Below, piece by piece: positions 1 to 9,354 of a stretch of DNA of 64,000 nucleotides. Each line of letters opens with the position of its first letter. The first letter of the stretch is position 1. The notes beneath the pieces were generated by a model. The model searched no databases, was not told the DNA's origin, and was given only the letters and a program-made list of their open reading frames with translations. The DNA is from a virus (taxonomy: Duplodnaviria > Caudoviricetes). The translations under genes were made by a program, and so were the position numbers. The stretch is taken from positions 1 through 64,000 of IMG/VR virus record IMGVR_UViG_2931680285_000001. One strand, written 5' to 3'.

Positions 1-498
1 TCAGGCGGCGCGGTGTGCCTGCGGGAAGCCGGTGACGATGCGGCGGCCCAGTTCGGTCACGTGGGGGGCGTACAGCGGGCCGCGTACGCCGTCGTCGCCG
101 TCAGTGGGGTACACGATGCCGTTGGCGTCGCGGTACTCGACCAGGCCGTCTCGGTGCAGCGTCCGTGCCGTCGGCCAGGCGGTGCCCTCCGGCAGTCGCC
201 CGTCCGGTCCGGCTTCGCGGAGCGCGGTGCGCCCGGCCTCGGTGAGGAGCGCGGCGCGCCCGCGCGAGTTGATCGAGAGGAACGTCGGGCCCTCGTACCC
301 GTGGAGCCGTGCGTTCCAGGCGGCGCGGCCGGTGTTGGTCACCTCGTTCACCCAGCGGGCGAGGTAGATGGCGTCGAGGACGCGGGTGCTGGTGTATTCG
401 GGGACGCGTCCCTTGGGGTCGGCGAGTGCGGCGAGCAGTGCGCGACGCTGGGCAGGGGTCGGGGTGGCGTGCGCCTTGCGAGCGAGGGTGGTGGTCAC
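1..498 (-). CDS. hypothetical protein (165 aa)
   Basis: GTG start after AAGGA RBS, GC3-rich frame VTTTLARKAH...QAHRAA, stop at 1-3. Confidence 0.7.
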   Translation of the reverse strand: MTTTLARKAHATPTPAQRRALLAALADPKGRVPEYTSTRVLDAIYLARWVNEVTNTGRAAWNARLHGYEGPTFLSINSRGRAALLTEAGRTALREAGPDGRLPEGTAWPTARTLHRDGLVEYRDANGIVYPTDGDDGVRGPLYAPHVTELGRRIVTGFPQAHRAA

Positions 499-520
499 GG
501 TGGATCCTTGCCGGTGAGGC

Positions 521-550
521 GGGCGCAGGGACGTATGTGCCCCTGCGCCC
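521..550. terminator. GC-rich intergenic hairpin
   Basis: GGGCGCAGGG-N10-CCCTGCGCCC perfect 10-bp inverted repeat between two minus-strand genes. Confidence 0.5.
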
Positions 551-563
551 TGGTGGGAGGGCG

Positions 564-983
564 TCAGAGGACGTCGGTGGCGTCGTAGAACGCGGCGAGG
601 CTGCTCGTGGACCTCTCCGGGCCGACGGGGAGGGAGGGGTTGGCGAACTCGGCGAGGACCTGTCGCTCGTACTCGGCGTCGCAGACGATGCGGGCGGTGT
701 GGTCGACCGTGCGGAAGCCGACCGTGGACCACTTCTCGACGGCGAACCGCTGGGACTCGGCGACGGGGTCGCGGTAGTCGAGGAGGCGGATGATCAGGAC
801 GGGGCCGGTCACGTCGTTGATGACGGACTCGCGCAGCGTGCGGCCACCCAGGATCTCGAACGAGTAGACATCGGCGTGCTCGGGCTGGATGCCGATGGGG
901 CCGGAGTCGGCGAGGACCGCACGGAGCGGGCCGCATATGGCGGTCAGTTCCTCGACGGTGGGCATATACAAGGCGACGGACAC
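564..983 (-). CDS. hypothetical protein (139 aa)
   Basis: GTG start just downstream of leader copy A (GAAAGG RBS); typical codon usage. Confidence 0.7.
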   Translation of the reverse strand: MSVALYMPTVEELTAICGPLRAVLADSGPIGIQPEHADVYSFEILGGRTLRESVINDVTGPVLIIRLLDYRDPVAESQRFAVEKWSTVGFRTVDHTARIVCDAEYERQVLAEFANPSLPVGPERSTSSLAAFYDATDVL

Positions 984-990
984 AGGAGTC

Positions 991-1068
991 CCTTTCGCTT
1001 CGGGTCGGTATTGGCGGCTGCTCTCCACCAACAAGGAAAATAGTACAGCAGGCGTCACCGCTGGTCTA
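991..1068 (-). promoter_or_regulatory. Repeated early promoter/leader, copy A
   Basis: TAGACC-17-TACTAT, spacer GACGCCTGCTG, hairpin TGTTGGTGG-AGAGCAG-CCGCCAATA, then CCGACCCGAAGCGAAAGG. Confidence 0.8.
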
Positions 1069-1118
1069 GTAATCCCAGATCAATAAGCCTCATGCGCCCC
1101 ATGGCGCCGCACGCTGTA

Positions 1119-2846
1119 TCAGTTGGTCATCTGGTTGTGCAGGTGAGGGCCGATGTACCCGACGACGAGTCGGCCGGCAGCCGCGCCCTCTGTGCTCTTC
1201 GCCCCGTCCAGGAAGTACAGCCGGGGTGCGACCGTGCCGCGTGCGCCCAGCTTGAGGTGGGCCTGCATCTCGACCCGGCGTCCGTCCGGGCCGGGGAAAA
1301 GGCGCTCGTGCCCGTACTTCTCCATCGTGGGCGGGCTTTCCGCCATCGCGACGTGCCGGACAGGGTAGGGACGGGCCCCGGGCGGTGGGGTCAGGCAGAA
1401 CTGGTAGAAGTTCCCGGTGAAACCGTCGGTGGCCGCCGCCGTGTAGGAGTCGAGGGCGCCCAGGGCCGTCCACGCCTTCGCCGCCCAGGTCCGCGCCTGG
1501 GGGTGAACGTCAAGCCCCAGGGCGGTGCGCCGGTCTGCGGTGACGAGCAGGCGATCCCACTCCTCCAGTCGCTGCCACAGCTCCTCGAACGAGCCAGGAA
1601 CGCCGGGGAGCCCCGCTCCGGCCTGCTCCGCCTCGTCATGGCGGTCCTGGCGCAGGAGCATCACCCGGAGCCGGTCCGTCTCCGCTCGGGCCTGCGACAG
1701 TGCGTCCAGGGTGGCGAGGTGGTCCTCGACCTCGGCGTCTCGCTCAGCGGCGACGGCAGCCAGCTCACTGCGGGCGGACAGGTGAGCTCGCTCGGTCAGG
1801 CCCTTGGCGCGGCCGAGCTCCGTCAGCTCCTCGTCGGCCTGACCCAGCAGCCCGTTCAGCAGGGTCACTTCCGCGCGGAGCTTCGTGAGCTGATCCTCGG
1901 GCTCGCCGGAGGGGGCGCTCGCGACCTGGCGGGCCTTGTCCAGGGTCTCCTGGCGCTCCTGGCGGTGCTGTTCGGCGACCCGGTTCGGGAACTCGACGGC
2001 CGCGAGCTGCTGCGGCATCGGCTGCTCCCGCGCGATGGAGAGGATGTTGGTGGTGATGCTGCGCCATGCCCGGTCTTCTGGGTTGGTCCAGCGGGGCGCT
2101 CCCAGGACACGGTGCCGGGCCCCGTCGGCTGCCCACGCAGGGTCGACGAGTGGTAGGTAGACGCGGACGGCACCAGCGTTGACGCGGTGGTCGTAGCCGA
2201 CGGCCTCGCGGAAGGCGTCGATGGCGGGAAGGTCCCACAGCAGGTAGGCCGAGGCGTCCCCGGAGACGGCGTGCACGGTGCCGGCCACGCGCTCCACCCA
2301 CAGCGGATGCCTCTGGGTGGGTCGGGCGGCGACGATCAGGGGCTTGTGCCGGTCGGGGGTGCGGAGCATGGTCACCAGGGCGGGAACCTGTTCCGCGGTG
2401 ACGCGCAGGGCCTCGGGGGTGAGCCGGGAGGGACCGTCGTACGCCTCCAGCTCGGTGACGAGCTCTCGGACGATCTTCGGCTTCGCGGTGCGCGGGGGGC
2501 GCTTGCTGCTGGGGAAGCATTCCAGGTCGACGCCGACCGTCCCCGGGCCGGTGGTGGATCGCACGGCGGTGATGGTGGTGCGCCAGGTGGCCGAGGGCTG
2601 GTATTCGCGGAGCTGCATTCGCGTGGCGTACTCGGCGCCGGTGTCGTCGTAGGCGGCTTCGGTCAGCAGGACCGTGCTGGGGGCGATGGTGTGCTGCCCG
2701 GTTCCGGCGGGAACAGCGCTCGAACCGAACTTGCCCTTCAGCCACTGGGCGGAGACCCAGCGGACGGTGTCGAGCATGGTGGTGGCGTCGGGGACGGTGA
2801 GGGTCGAGCGGTGGGCCAGGGTACGGGCGGAGCTGTCGGTGTTCAC
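1119..2846 (-). CDS. hypothetical protein with central coiled coil and possible RelE-like C-terminal domain (575 aa)
   Basis: Long GC3-rich ORF; heptad-rich middle; C-terminal HLKLG...RLYF...VVGYIGPHL pattern. Confidence 0.75.
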   Translation of the reverse strand: MNTDSSARTLAHRSTLTVPDATTMLDTVRWVSAQWLKGKFGSSAVPAGTGQHTIAPSTVLLTEAAYDDTGAEYATRMQLREYQPSATWRTTITAVRSTTGPGTVGVDLECFPSSKRPPRTAKPKIVRELVTELEAYDGPSRLTPEALRVTAEQVPALVTMLRTPDRHKPLIVAARPTQRHPLWVERVAGTVHAVSGDASAYLLWDLPAIDAFREAVGYDHRVNAGAVRVYLPLVDPAWAADGARHRVLGAPRWTNPEDRAWRSITTNILSIAREQPMPQQLAAVEFPNRVAEQHRQERQETLDKARQVASAPSGEPEDQLTKLRAEVTLLNGLLGQADEELTELGRAKGLTERAHLSARSELAAVAAERDAEVEDHLATLDALSQARAETDRLRVMLLRQDRHDEAEQAGAGLPGVPGSFEELWQRLEEWDRLLVTADRRTALGLDVHPQARTWAAKAWTALGALDSYTAAATDGFTGNFYQFCLTPPPGARPYPVRHVAMAESPPTMEKYGHERLFPGPDGRRVEMQAHLKLGARGTVAPRLYFLDGAKSTEGAAAGRLVVGYIGPHLHNQMTN

Positions 2847-2944
2847 GGATACCTCTTCGGGGTCGGGATGGAGGGGAGGTCCGGGCCCGCGCAGCGGTCG
2901 GCCGGCGCGGGGCCCGTCGTCCCCCGGAGGTCTGCGGAGGGGAG

Positions 2945-3457
2945 TCAGCCCCAGGGCGTCACAGCTGGACGCTTGATGCCGCGCGCGTGCCCGTACCAGC
3001 GCAGGAGGACGGCTGTCGGCTGTCGAGCGAGCCAGTCACGTCGTTCGGTGGTGGTGGCGGGCTCCCATTCGATGGCGGGCCCCGTGGGGTCGACGTGGGG
3101 CTGGAAGCCGGTCTCCAGGAGGACGTCGATGACGGTGGTGCGCTCCCGTACGGGCAGGGACAGGTCCGGCCAGTCGCTGCGCCCGACGCGGGTGTCGATG
3201 TGACGGACCAGCCAGTCGCGTTCGGAGATGTACGGGCCGACCTCTCCGGCAGCGGCTTGTACGGCGGACCGGCGGTCGACGGCCTGGACTTCGGTGGCCT
3301 TGAGCCCGCGGGCGAACATGTCCTGCCAGGCGGCGGCGTACGGTCCGAGCGATCCGTCCGGCTGGAGTTCGGCGCGTGCGGGGACGACGTGCAGCACTTC
3401 TCCGCGCTGGTGGAGGACGGTGAAGGTACGGAGGGGCTTGACGAGGTTGATGGGCAT
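2945..3457 (-). CDS. hypothetical protein (170 aa)
   Basis: ATG after GAAGG, MPINLVKPLR..., good codon bias. Confidence 0.65.
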   Translation of the reverse strand: MPINLVKPLRTFTVLHQRGEVLHVVPARAELQPDGSLGPYAAAWQDMFARGLKATEVQAVDRRSAVQAAAGEVGPYISERDWLVRHIDTRVGRSDWPDLSLPVRERTTVIDVLLETGFQPHVDPTGPAIEWEPATTTERRDWLARQPTAVLLRWYGHARGIKRPAVTPWG

Positions 3458-3525
3458 GGCGGACTGCCTTCTGCTGCTGGTGGGGTGGGTCGGCGCCCGC
3501 CTTCGTGGCGGGCGCCGGTGAGCGG

Positions 3526-3945
3526 CTAGGAGCCGAAGTGGCTGCGTCCGTCGCGGTTCACGTGGATGCCAGCCACGGAGAGGCTCCGGGCGACCTCGCG
3601 GTCCTTCCAGAAGCCGGTGGAGCAGTCCCAGCCGGAGATGCCGACGACGAAGCCGTAGAAGTAGCCGACCCCGTACCGGTCGAACTGGCGGACACCCGGC
3701 TCGTCGGGGTGGGAGTCGACGAGGGCCTTGAAGATGGCGCGGACGGCCCGCGTCTCGTACGAGTCGGCGGCGAAGCGGCGGGATTCGTGATGGCCGTATC
3801 CGTAGTCCCGTACCTCTTCGCAGGAGGCGGCGGCGAGCCGGGCGGCAACGGCGTCGGGCACTACCGCAACGGGACGGTCCCAGCAGTCGAGCGCAACGGT
3901 TACCTGCTCGGCGGTCAGTACCGGGGTGGTGATGGCCGTGGTCAT
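3526..3945 (-). CDS. hypothetical protein (139 aa)
   Basis: ATG after GAGGA RBS, MTTAITTPVL... Confidence 0.7.
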   Translation of the reverse strand: MTTAITTPVLTAEQVTVALDCWDRPVAVVPDAVAARLAAASCEEVRDYGYGHHESRRFAADSYETRAVRAIFKALVDSHPDEPGVRQFDRYGVGYFYGFVVGISGWDCSTGFWKDREVARSLSVAGIHVNRDGRSHFGS

Positions 3946-4060
3946 CAGGGGTCCTCACATGGGGGTGGAACGCGAGATTTCGCGAGTTTTGCGAGACCTC
4001 TACGCGCGCGCACGCGTAGAGGTGCTGGTTGGTCACGGGGCGCGGTGGCCCTGATGGGGC

Positions 4061-4294
4061 CTAGAAGTTGCGGAGGTCGTGGATGGTCTCCCAGCCCTCG
4101 GCGAGGTACGGCGTGGGGTTGGGCACGAGGGTTCGGACGCGCAGCTCCACGGCTCCTTCGGCGTTCCAGGCCCATTCGAAGTAGAACGGGCGGCCGTTGA
4201 TGTACCGCGTGTGGTCGGCCTGCCCACCGCCCTGGCCGTTGGCGTAGTGGTGGGGGTAGAGGCGGGGGCTGATGGTGAAGGTCGGGGTGGGCAT
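4061..4294 (-). CDS. hypothetical protein (77 aa)
   Basis: ATG after GAGGAG RBS, MPTPTFTISP... Confidence 0.65.
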   Translation of the reverse strand: MPTPTFTISPRLYPHHYANGQGGGQADHTRYINGRPFYFEWAWNAEGAVELRVRTLVPNPTPYLAEGWETIHDLRNF

Positions 4295-4416
4295 GGGGGT
4301 GCTCCTCTGCGAGGGGAGGGTCATGGGGTGCGGGGCGCCGGCATCGGGTGTTGGGCGCGCGGGATGGGGCCCGCCCCGCCGTGCGGGGCGGGGCGTGGCC
4401 GGGAAGCGCGGGAAGG

Positions 4417-4668
4417 TCAGGCTTCGGCGCGTTCGATGGCCTCGTTGATCGCCACGAGGCTGGCGTGGGCTTCGACGCCCTTACTGAAGGCTTCGTAGCG
4501 GTCGATCGCGGTCACCTCGTACACGTCGAGGCACAGGCCGAAGTGCGCCTCCAGGTACATCGCGTCGCGCTCGTCGTCGTCCTGGGGGGTGAGGGCGACG
4601 CCGAAGGGTGCTCCATCGACGAGGAAGACGGTGAAGGCGTAGGGGGTCTTGTCGAGGCTGACGGACAT
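4417..4668 (-). CDS. hypothetical protein (83 aa)
   Basis: ATG directly after leader copy B (GAAAGG), MSVSLDKTPY... Confidence 0.7.
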   Translation of the reverse strand: MSVSLDKTPYAFTVFLVDGAPFGVALTPQDDDERDAMYLEAHFGLCLDVYEVTAIDRYEAFSKGVEAHASLVAINEAIERAEA

Positions 4669-4675
4669 GGTGGTG

Positions 4676-4775
4676 CCTTTCGCTCTGGGTCGGTGCCCGG
4701 CTGCTCTCCGGGCGTTGTCGGCGACCACTTCCCGCCGACACAAAAAGAGTACAGCAGACGTCACGCGATGCGCAA
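4676..4775 (-). promoter_or_regulatory. Repeated early promoter/leader, copy B
   Basis: TTGCGC-18-TACTCT, spacer GACGTCTGCTG, hairpins TGTCGGCGG-GAAGTGG-TCGCCGACA and GCCCGG-AGAGCAG-CCGGGC, then CCGACCCAGAGCGAAAGG. Confidence 0.8.
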
Positions 4776-4834
4776 CATCACGACCATTTACTAAGCATTC
4801 AAGTCCAACAACACTCTCCAGCTCACTACCAAGC

Positions 4835-4918
4835 GACGCCTGCTGTACTTTTTCCTCATCGCTGTGTAGCGTTCGGAGCGCACCACCGGCCTGGAGAGCA
4901 ACCGGGCCCCCGACCCCC
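4835..4918 (+). promoter_or_regulatory. Repeated early promoter/leader, copy C (back-to-back with B)
   Basis: GACGCCTGCTG-TACTTT, hairpin GGCCTGG-AGAGCAA-CCGGGCC, then CCGACCC. Confidence 0.75.
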
Positions 4919-4935
4919 CTCTGGAGACAACTCCC

Positions 4936-5415
4936 ATGCGTTCATCGCGCCTTCGTCCCTACCTGCCGCGCCCCGCGGCGCTCCTCGTCGCCGTTGCGGC
5001 GGGCACGGTTCTCGCGCTCGCCTCGGCTTCGCCTCTCACCGAGGGCACCTCGCCCGCCGGGCGGGCGGGCCACCCGGTGGAAGTCGTCGCCGTTCCGCTG
5101 TCCGCCGAGCGCGGAGACGACAACCGGGACGGCCGGATCGACGAGGACGAGAGCGGCTGGGACTGCCGGACGATGGGCAACCGCATCTGCGGCCCGCGCA
5201 CGGTTCCTGCCGAGTGCAAGGGCGTCGGCTCTGCGATGGATCTGTGCGTAACGGTGGCCAGCCGCCCGCCGTACGGATGGACGAACGCCGACGGCTCCCG
5301 CACCGACAACCCGGACGGCCGCACGCTGATCGCCGACCTCGACGAGACGCCGGGCAGCCCGGAGTTCGAGAGCGCCTTGGTCGCGCTCGACGCCGAGTGG
5401 CGCCAGCAGCACTGA
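4936..5415 (+). CDS. putative secreted protein with Asp-rich Ca-binding-like loop
   Basis: Basic N-terminus + hydrophobic stretch (signal peptide-like); GDDNRDGRIDEDESGWDCRTMGNRICG. Confidence 0.7.
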   Translation: MRSSRLRPYLPRPAALLVAVAAGTVLALASASPLTEGTSPAGRAGHPVEVVAVPLSAERGDDNRDGRIDEDESGWDCRTMGNRICGPRTVPAECKGVGSAMDLCVTVASRPPYGWTNADGSRTDNPDGRTLIADLDETPGSPEFESALVALDAEWRQQH

Positions 5416-5428
5416 CCACCGTCACCCC

Positions 5429-5456
5429 GGGGGCGCAGCCGCGCCGCTGCGCCCCC
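5429..5456 (+). terminator. GC-rich intergenic hairpin
   Basis: GGGGGCGCAGC-N6-GCTGCGCCCCC. Confidence 0.5.
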
Positions 5457-5482
5457 GCCCACCCTGCCGGGAAGGACCCGCG

Positions 5483-6091
5483 ATGCCCACGTACTTCGAC
5501 CTCGACCCGACGACGCGCCCCGTCCTCCTGTCCGCGCGCCCGGCCGGCACTCACCCGTACGACTTCGACCCCGCCGCCGTGCGCATCGTGCGCGCCGACC
5601 GGGTCCGGCGCGGGGACGTTGTGCTCGGGGAGGTCTACGGCCACGACCCGGGCCACTCCGCCGGAGTCAGCTACCTGCCGTACGGCTGCGTCCCGTACGC
5701 CGCCCGGCCGCGCCCCCTCGACCCGGCGTGCCCGTGCGAGATGTGCGCCGCCGTCCGCTCGGACCCGTTCACGTACCTCACCGATCCGGTCGCGCTCACG
5801 GTCTGGCCGCGCGACGGCCTGGACCCGGTCTGCCAGCTCAACAACGCTGACGAACTTCTCGTGATCGTGCCCGCGTGGGCGAGGAACGGGGCGTTTCCGA
5901 CGCCCGTGCGGCGCTACTGCCGGGAGCGCGTCGAGCGGGCCGCCAACGACGCATTCGACCGCCTGTCGGCTTACTTCGACTTCGGCCAGCCGGACGACCG
6001 GCAGCTGTTCACGGGGGCGGTGCTCGCCTTCCTGGACGACCCGGACAGCCCTTTCCCGTACCGGAGCCACGAGCCCGACGACGAGTCGTGA
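5483..6091 (+). CDS. hypothetical protein, Cys-containing (202 aa)
   Basis: GAAGGA RBS; CxCxxC motif; similar to next gene. Confidence 0.7.
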   Translation: MPTYFDLDPTTRPVLLSARPAGTHPYDFDPAAVRIVRADRVRRGDVVLGEVYGHDPGHSAGVSYLPYGCVPYAARPRPLDPACPCEMCAAVRSDPFTYLTDPVALTVWPRDGLDPVCQLNNADELLVIVPAWARNGAFPTPVRRYCRERVERAANDAFDRLSAYFDFGQPDDRQLFTGAVLAFLDDPDSPFPYRSHEPDDES

Positions 6092-6131
6092 CCGGCCATC
6101 TCCCCACCCGCCAGACAGGATTGGAACCCCC

Positions 6132-6773
6132 ATGCGCTTGATGACGCTCGCCGACGGCACCGTGTCCCTTCACGTCGACGACCGGCCGACGGATGACGAC
6201 GAGTTCGACTCGCCGCTGCCCTACGGGCTCACGCTCGACGACGCGGTCGCCGTTCGGGCCCGGGAGGTGGAAGCCGGGGACCTTGTCGTCGCGTTCACCG
6301 ACGAGCAGTTCGGGGCGCGCCGCGTCGACCACTGCCCTCAGCCGTTCCCGGCCGCGCCCACCTCGCCTCCCGGGTGCGCTGGCAGGGCGTGTGAGGAGTG
6401 CGCCAAGTTGGAAGCGTGGACCCTGGCCGATCACGCTCGTGTTGCGGATCTCGCGTGGCGGTACGTGTGCCTGTCCCCGGCAGAGGCGGGCGAACCGTGC
6501 GTGATCGAGCGGGCCAACCTGCCCGTGATCGTGGTGCGCGCCGAGCGGGTGGAGCGCGCCAAGGCCGCGAGCGGGCCGGTCCGGCGCCCGTTCAGCGTGA
6601 CGTGGTCGGCGGACGTGGAGGCGGCCGACCCGGAGGAGGCGGCGCAGCTCGCCTACGAACAGGTTCGGGCGCAGGTGGAGGCCGCGACCGCGATGCGATG
6701 GGAGGTCTCGGAGTCGGAGGGCGAGGCTCGCACGGTGACCGCGCCCGTCGCCGCGACGGAGGTCGGGGCGTGA
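6132..6773 (+). CDS. hypothetical protein, paralog of 5483-6091 (213 aa)
   Basis: Shares VRAxxVxxGDxV and P(Y/F)xAxP...C..C segments. Confidence 0.7.
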   Translation: MRLMTLADGTVSLHVDDRPTDDDEFDSPLPYGLTLDDAVAVRAREVEAGDLVVAFTDEQFGARRVDHCPQPFPAAPTSPPGCAGRACEECAKLEAWTLADHARVADLAWRYVCLSPAEAGEPCVIERANLPVIVVRAERVERAKAASGPVRRPFSVTWSADVEAADPEEAAQLAYEQVRAQVEAATAMRWEVSESEGEARTVTAPVAATEVGA

Positions 6774-6994
6774 AGGGGCGGGACTGGCGGGAGATGACCC
6801 GGGCCGACTTCGACATGACTGCGCCGCTGCGCCTCCGACCTCCCGGGGGCGGTGGCCGCGTGCCGGCCGTGCCGGACTCGTACGGGACGGAGGCCCTGTT
6901 CGGTGACGAGGTGGGGGCGCCGCCCGCCCCGGGCAGGCGGGCGCGTGGGGCGGAGCCGCCGCAGGAAGACACATTGTTCACCCTGGATCTGTAG
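6770..6994 (+). CDS. hypothetical protein (74 aa)
   Basis: GTGA overlap with upstream stop, GGAGG RBS. Confidence 0.6.
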   Translation: MKGRDWREMTRADFDMTAPLRLRPPGGGGRVPAVPDSYGTEALFGDEVGAPPAPGRRARGAEPPQEDTLFTLDL

Positions 6995-7088
6995 ACACAG
7001 CAGCCGCCACCGACAGCCGTCCAGATCGGAGCCCAGCACAGGAACACGCAGGTAGATGACCCAAGTCGATCCGATCACCCTTCCCGGC

Positions 7089-7188
7089 TAGACACGTTGT
7101 GACGCCTGCTGTACTATTTTTTCTGTTGGTGGAGAGCAGCCGCCGACATCGCCCGGAGAGCAACCGGGCAACCGACCCGAAGCGAAAG
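7089..7188 (+). promoter_or_regulatory. Repeated early promoter/leader, copy D (two AGAGCAR hairpins)
   Basis: TAGACA-17-TACTAT; TGTTGGTGG-AGAGCAG-CCGCCGACA; GCCCGG-AGAGCAA-CCGGGC; CCGACCCGAAGCGAAAG. Confidence 0.85.
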
Positions 7189-7197
7189 AAGATCCCC

Positions 7198-7566
7198 ATG
7201 GCTTCCGCCAACGCCCGCCGCGCCGCCGCCGTCCTCCGTCACCGCGCCCGAGACAACCGCGCCGCACATCAGGCCGCGCAGGCCGTCTCAACCGGCGTCG
7301 CCGCCGTCTCCGCCCACCTGATCGCGGGCGGTCTCGACCCGGCCACCGCTCACCGCTTCTCCGGCGCCGTCACCCGCAAGGCCAAGGCCCTCGGTCACAC
7401 CCCGGCCGCCACCGGCACCAAGCGCAAGAAGCTCAAGGGCCGCGTCTCCAAGCTCGTCGAGTTCGCCCTGTGGACCCGGGCGCAGATCGCCGCCGTCCTC
7501 GCCGTCTACCGGCCGAAGGACAAGCAGGCCGCCGCCCTCTTCGCGCGCCTCGCTCTCGCCGCCTGA
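7198..7566 (+). CDS. basic hypothetical protein (122 aa), possibly nucleic-acid binding
   Basis: ATG after leader D; Lys/Arg/Ala-rich (TKRKKLKGR). Confidence 0.75.
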   Translation: MASANARRAAAVLRHRARDNRAAHQAAQAVSTGVAAVSAHLIAGGLDPATAHRFSGAVTRKAKALGHTPAATGTKRKKLKGRVSKLVEFALWTRAQIAAVLAVYRPKDKQAAALFARLALAA

Positions 7567-7626
7567 CGGACACAAGCCCCGGCCGGGGCGCACCCTCACG
7601 CCCCGGCCCAACCCCTGGAGAGACCC

Positions 7627-7839
7627 GTGTCCGACACCGTCCGCACCCTGGCCGACCACGCACGCCCCGCCTGGGACCTCTTCCGCGAGGCGTTCCCCGC
7701 CGCTGAGATCACCGACCTCATCACCGACCTACTCCACCTCGCTGACATCGACTCCGACACCGACGGCACCGACGTACTCGACCGGGCCACGCGCGACTGG
7801 GAGGCGGAACGCTCCGATCCCTCCTCCGCCGCTGGCTGA
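7627..7839 (+). CDS. acidic hypothetical protein (70 aa)
   Basis: GGAGA RBS, ITDLITDLLHLAD motif. Confidence 0.7.
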   Translation: MSDTVRTLADHARPAWDLFREAFPAAEITDLITDLLHLADIDSDTDGTDVLDRATRDWEAERSDPSSAAG

Positions 7840-7896
7840 TCGTCCACCATCCCCGCTGGGGCGCCCAGCGCCCCGGCCCCTTCTCCGGAGCACACC

Positions 7897-8574
7897 GTGA
7901 ACCTCTCCCTGCCTGCCCGTTCCGCCGTCGCGACCCGTGCCCGCGTCGCCGCCGCCGTCTGCCGTGATCGCTTCGCTCCGCCCGCGACGATGCGCGCGCT
8001 CCACTCGATCGCTGTCCACCTCGACGACGCCGCGTCAGCCTGTGGGGCCACCCCGTTCAACTTTCCGGCCGTCATGCGCCCGCTCGCCGAAGCTCAGAAG
8101 CTGATGGGGGCTCACCCTGACGCACGCCTGCCCCTCAGCGTCCTGCCGTACATCGTCGCCCCGTTCTCTCCGGCCGTCGCCCTGCCAATACCGGAGCCGC
8201 TGCTGCCCCTGATGGAGCGGCACGCAGCCGAGGAAGCCGCCCTTGTAGCGGACCTGGACCGGCTCCACGCCGACACGACCGCTGCCGCCGAGGACACCGA
8301 GACGTGGTTCACCGCCGTGCTCGGCGTCCTGGCGAAGTGGATGCGCCTGGCCGGTGAGGTCGACGTCGACAACCACCGCCCCGGCAACCGCCAGGCCGTA
8401 GTCGCCAAGCACGTCTCCTGCCCCAAGTGCTCCGGCCACGATGTCCGATTCAGCGTCCGTGAATGGGCGACCTGCTCGTGCGGCTACGGGGACCTGTGGG
8501 GCCAGTTCCTCGTCTGCTTCTGCTTCGGCTACGACTGCCCCGCCATCACCGCCCCTGCCGTCGCCGCAGTCTGA
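7897..8574 (+). CDS. hypothetical protein with C-terminal Zn-ribbon
   Basis: GGAG RBS; CPKC...CSCG...CFC...DC. Confidence 0.7.
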   Translation: MNLSLPARSAVATRARVAAAVCRDRFAPPATMRALHSIAVHLDDAASACGATPFNFPAVMRPLAEAQKLMGAHPDARLPLSVLPYIVAPFSPAVALPIPEPLLPLMERHAAEEAALVADLDRLHADTTAAAEDTETWFTAVLGVLAKWMRLAGEVDVDNHRPGNRQAVVAKHVSCPKCSGHDVRFSVREWATCSCGYGDLWGQFLVCFCFGYDCPAITAPAVAAV

Positions 8575-8585
8575 CCACCCCCCGG

Positions 8586-8609
8586 GGGGCGCGCCGCCGG
8601 GCGCGCCCC
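8586..8609 (+). repeat. 24-bp hairpin repeat, identical copy at 9331-9354
   Basis: GGGGCGCGCC-GCCG-GGCGCGCCCC in both places, each after TGACCACCC. Confidence 0.8.
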
Positions 8610-8613
8610 TTCC

Positions 8614-8651
8614 CGGCCGGAGAGCAACCGGCCGCCGACCCACCCGAAAGG
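8614..8651 (+). promoter_or_regulatory. Leader hairpin copy E (no promoter part)
   Basis: CGGCCGG-AGAGCAA-CCGGCCG then CCGACCCACCCGAAAGG. Confidence 0.75.
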
Positions 8652-8660
8652 CACCACCCC

Positions 8661-9323
8661 ATGACCACCGCCGTCGTCACCGCCTCCCAGCTCGCCGCCG
8701 ACGCCCGCGTCACGCACCGCGCCTACGCCGCGTTCCTGCACCGCGATCCGTCCGAACTCATCGACCGTCTCGACGAGATGTGCGACTACGCCGCTCCCCG
8801 CAGCTCGGAACAGCCCTGGGGCGTCGCGCTCCAGCGCCTGACCCGCGCTCTGCGAGCCGTCAGCCCGGCCCCGGCCCGCCCGACCACGTCCGGCCGCGCG
8901 GAGCACCAAGCGGCGACCACGGCCGCCCTGAACGCCATCGTCGCGTTCGAGGAGGCCGACGCGGTGACCGTGACGCTCCCCCACGACGAGCACGGCCGCT
9001 ACGTTCCCGCCCCTGGCACGGAGTACCCGTTCCATGTCTCGGACATCGGCCGCGCCGCCGTGCAGCTCCTCGGCTCCCACTGGCACGCCGAGTCCTTCTC
9101 CTTCGGCGTCGGCGCGCACCTGACGCGTACGGGCAGCGTGCGCGGCTTCGTGCTCGGCGTCGACGACGAGGGAGACCTGTTCTTGGAGGACGAGGACGAC
9201 AGCAGCCGCCGCAGCCACTTCCTGTACGCCTCCGCCGCCGACGGGCTGCTCCCCCTCGCGCACCTCGTCGCCGACAGGATTCGCGAGATCCGCGAGATGC
9301 GCCTGTTGAGCGCCGCCGCCTGA
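8661..9323 (+). CDS. hypothetical protein (220 aa)
   Basis: ATG after GAAAGG, MTTAVVTASQ... Confidence 0.7.
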   Translation: MTTAVVTASQLAADARVTHRAYAAFLHRDPSELIDRLDEMCDYAAPRSSEQPWGVALQRLTRALRAVSPAPARPTTSGRAEHQAATTAALNAIVAFEEADAVTVTLPHDEHGRYVPAPGTEYPFHVSDIGRAAVQLLGSHWHAESFSFGVGAHLTRTGSVRGFVLGVDDEGDLFLEDEDDSSRRSHFLYASAADGLLPLAHLVADRIREIREMRLLSAAA

Positions 9324-9330
9324 CCACCCT

Positions 9331-9354
9331 GGGGCGCGCCGCCGGGCGCGCCCC
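9331..9354 (+). repeat. 24-bp hairpin repeat, identical to 8586-8609
   Basis: Exact match GGGGCGCGCCGCCGGGCGCGCCCC. Confidence 0.8.
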
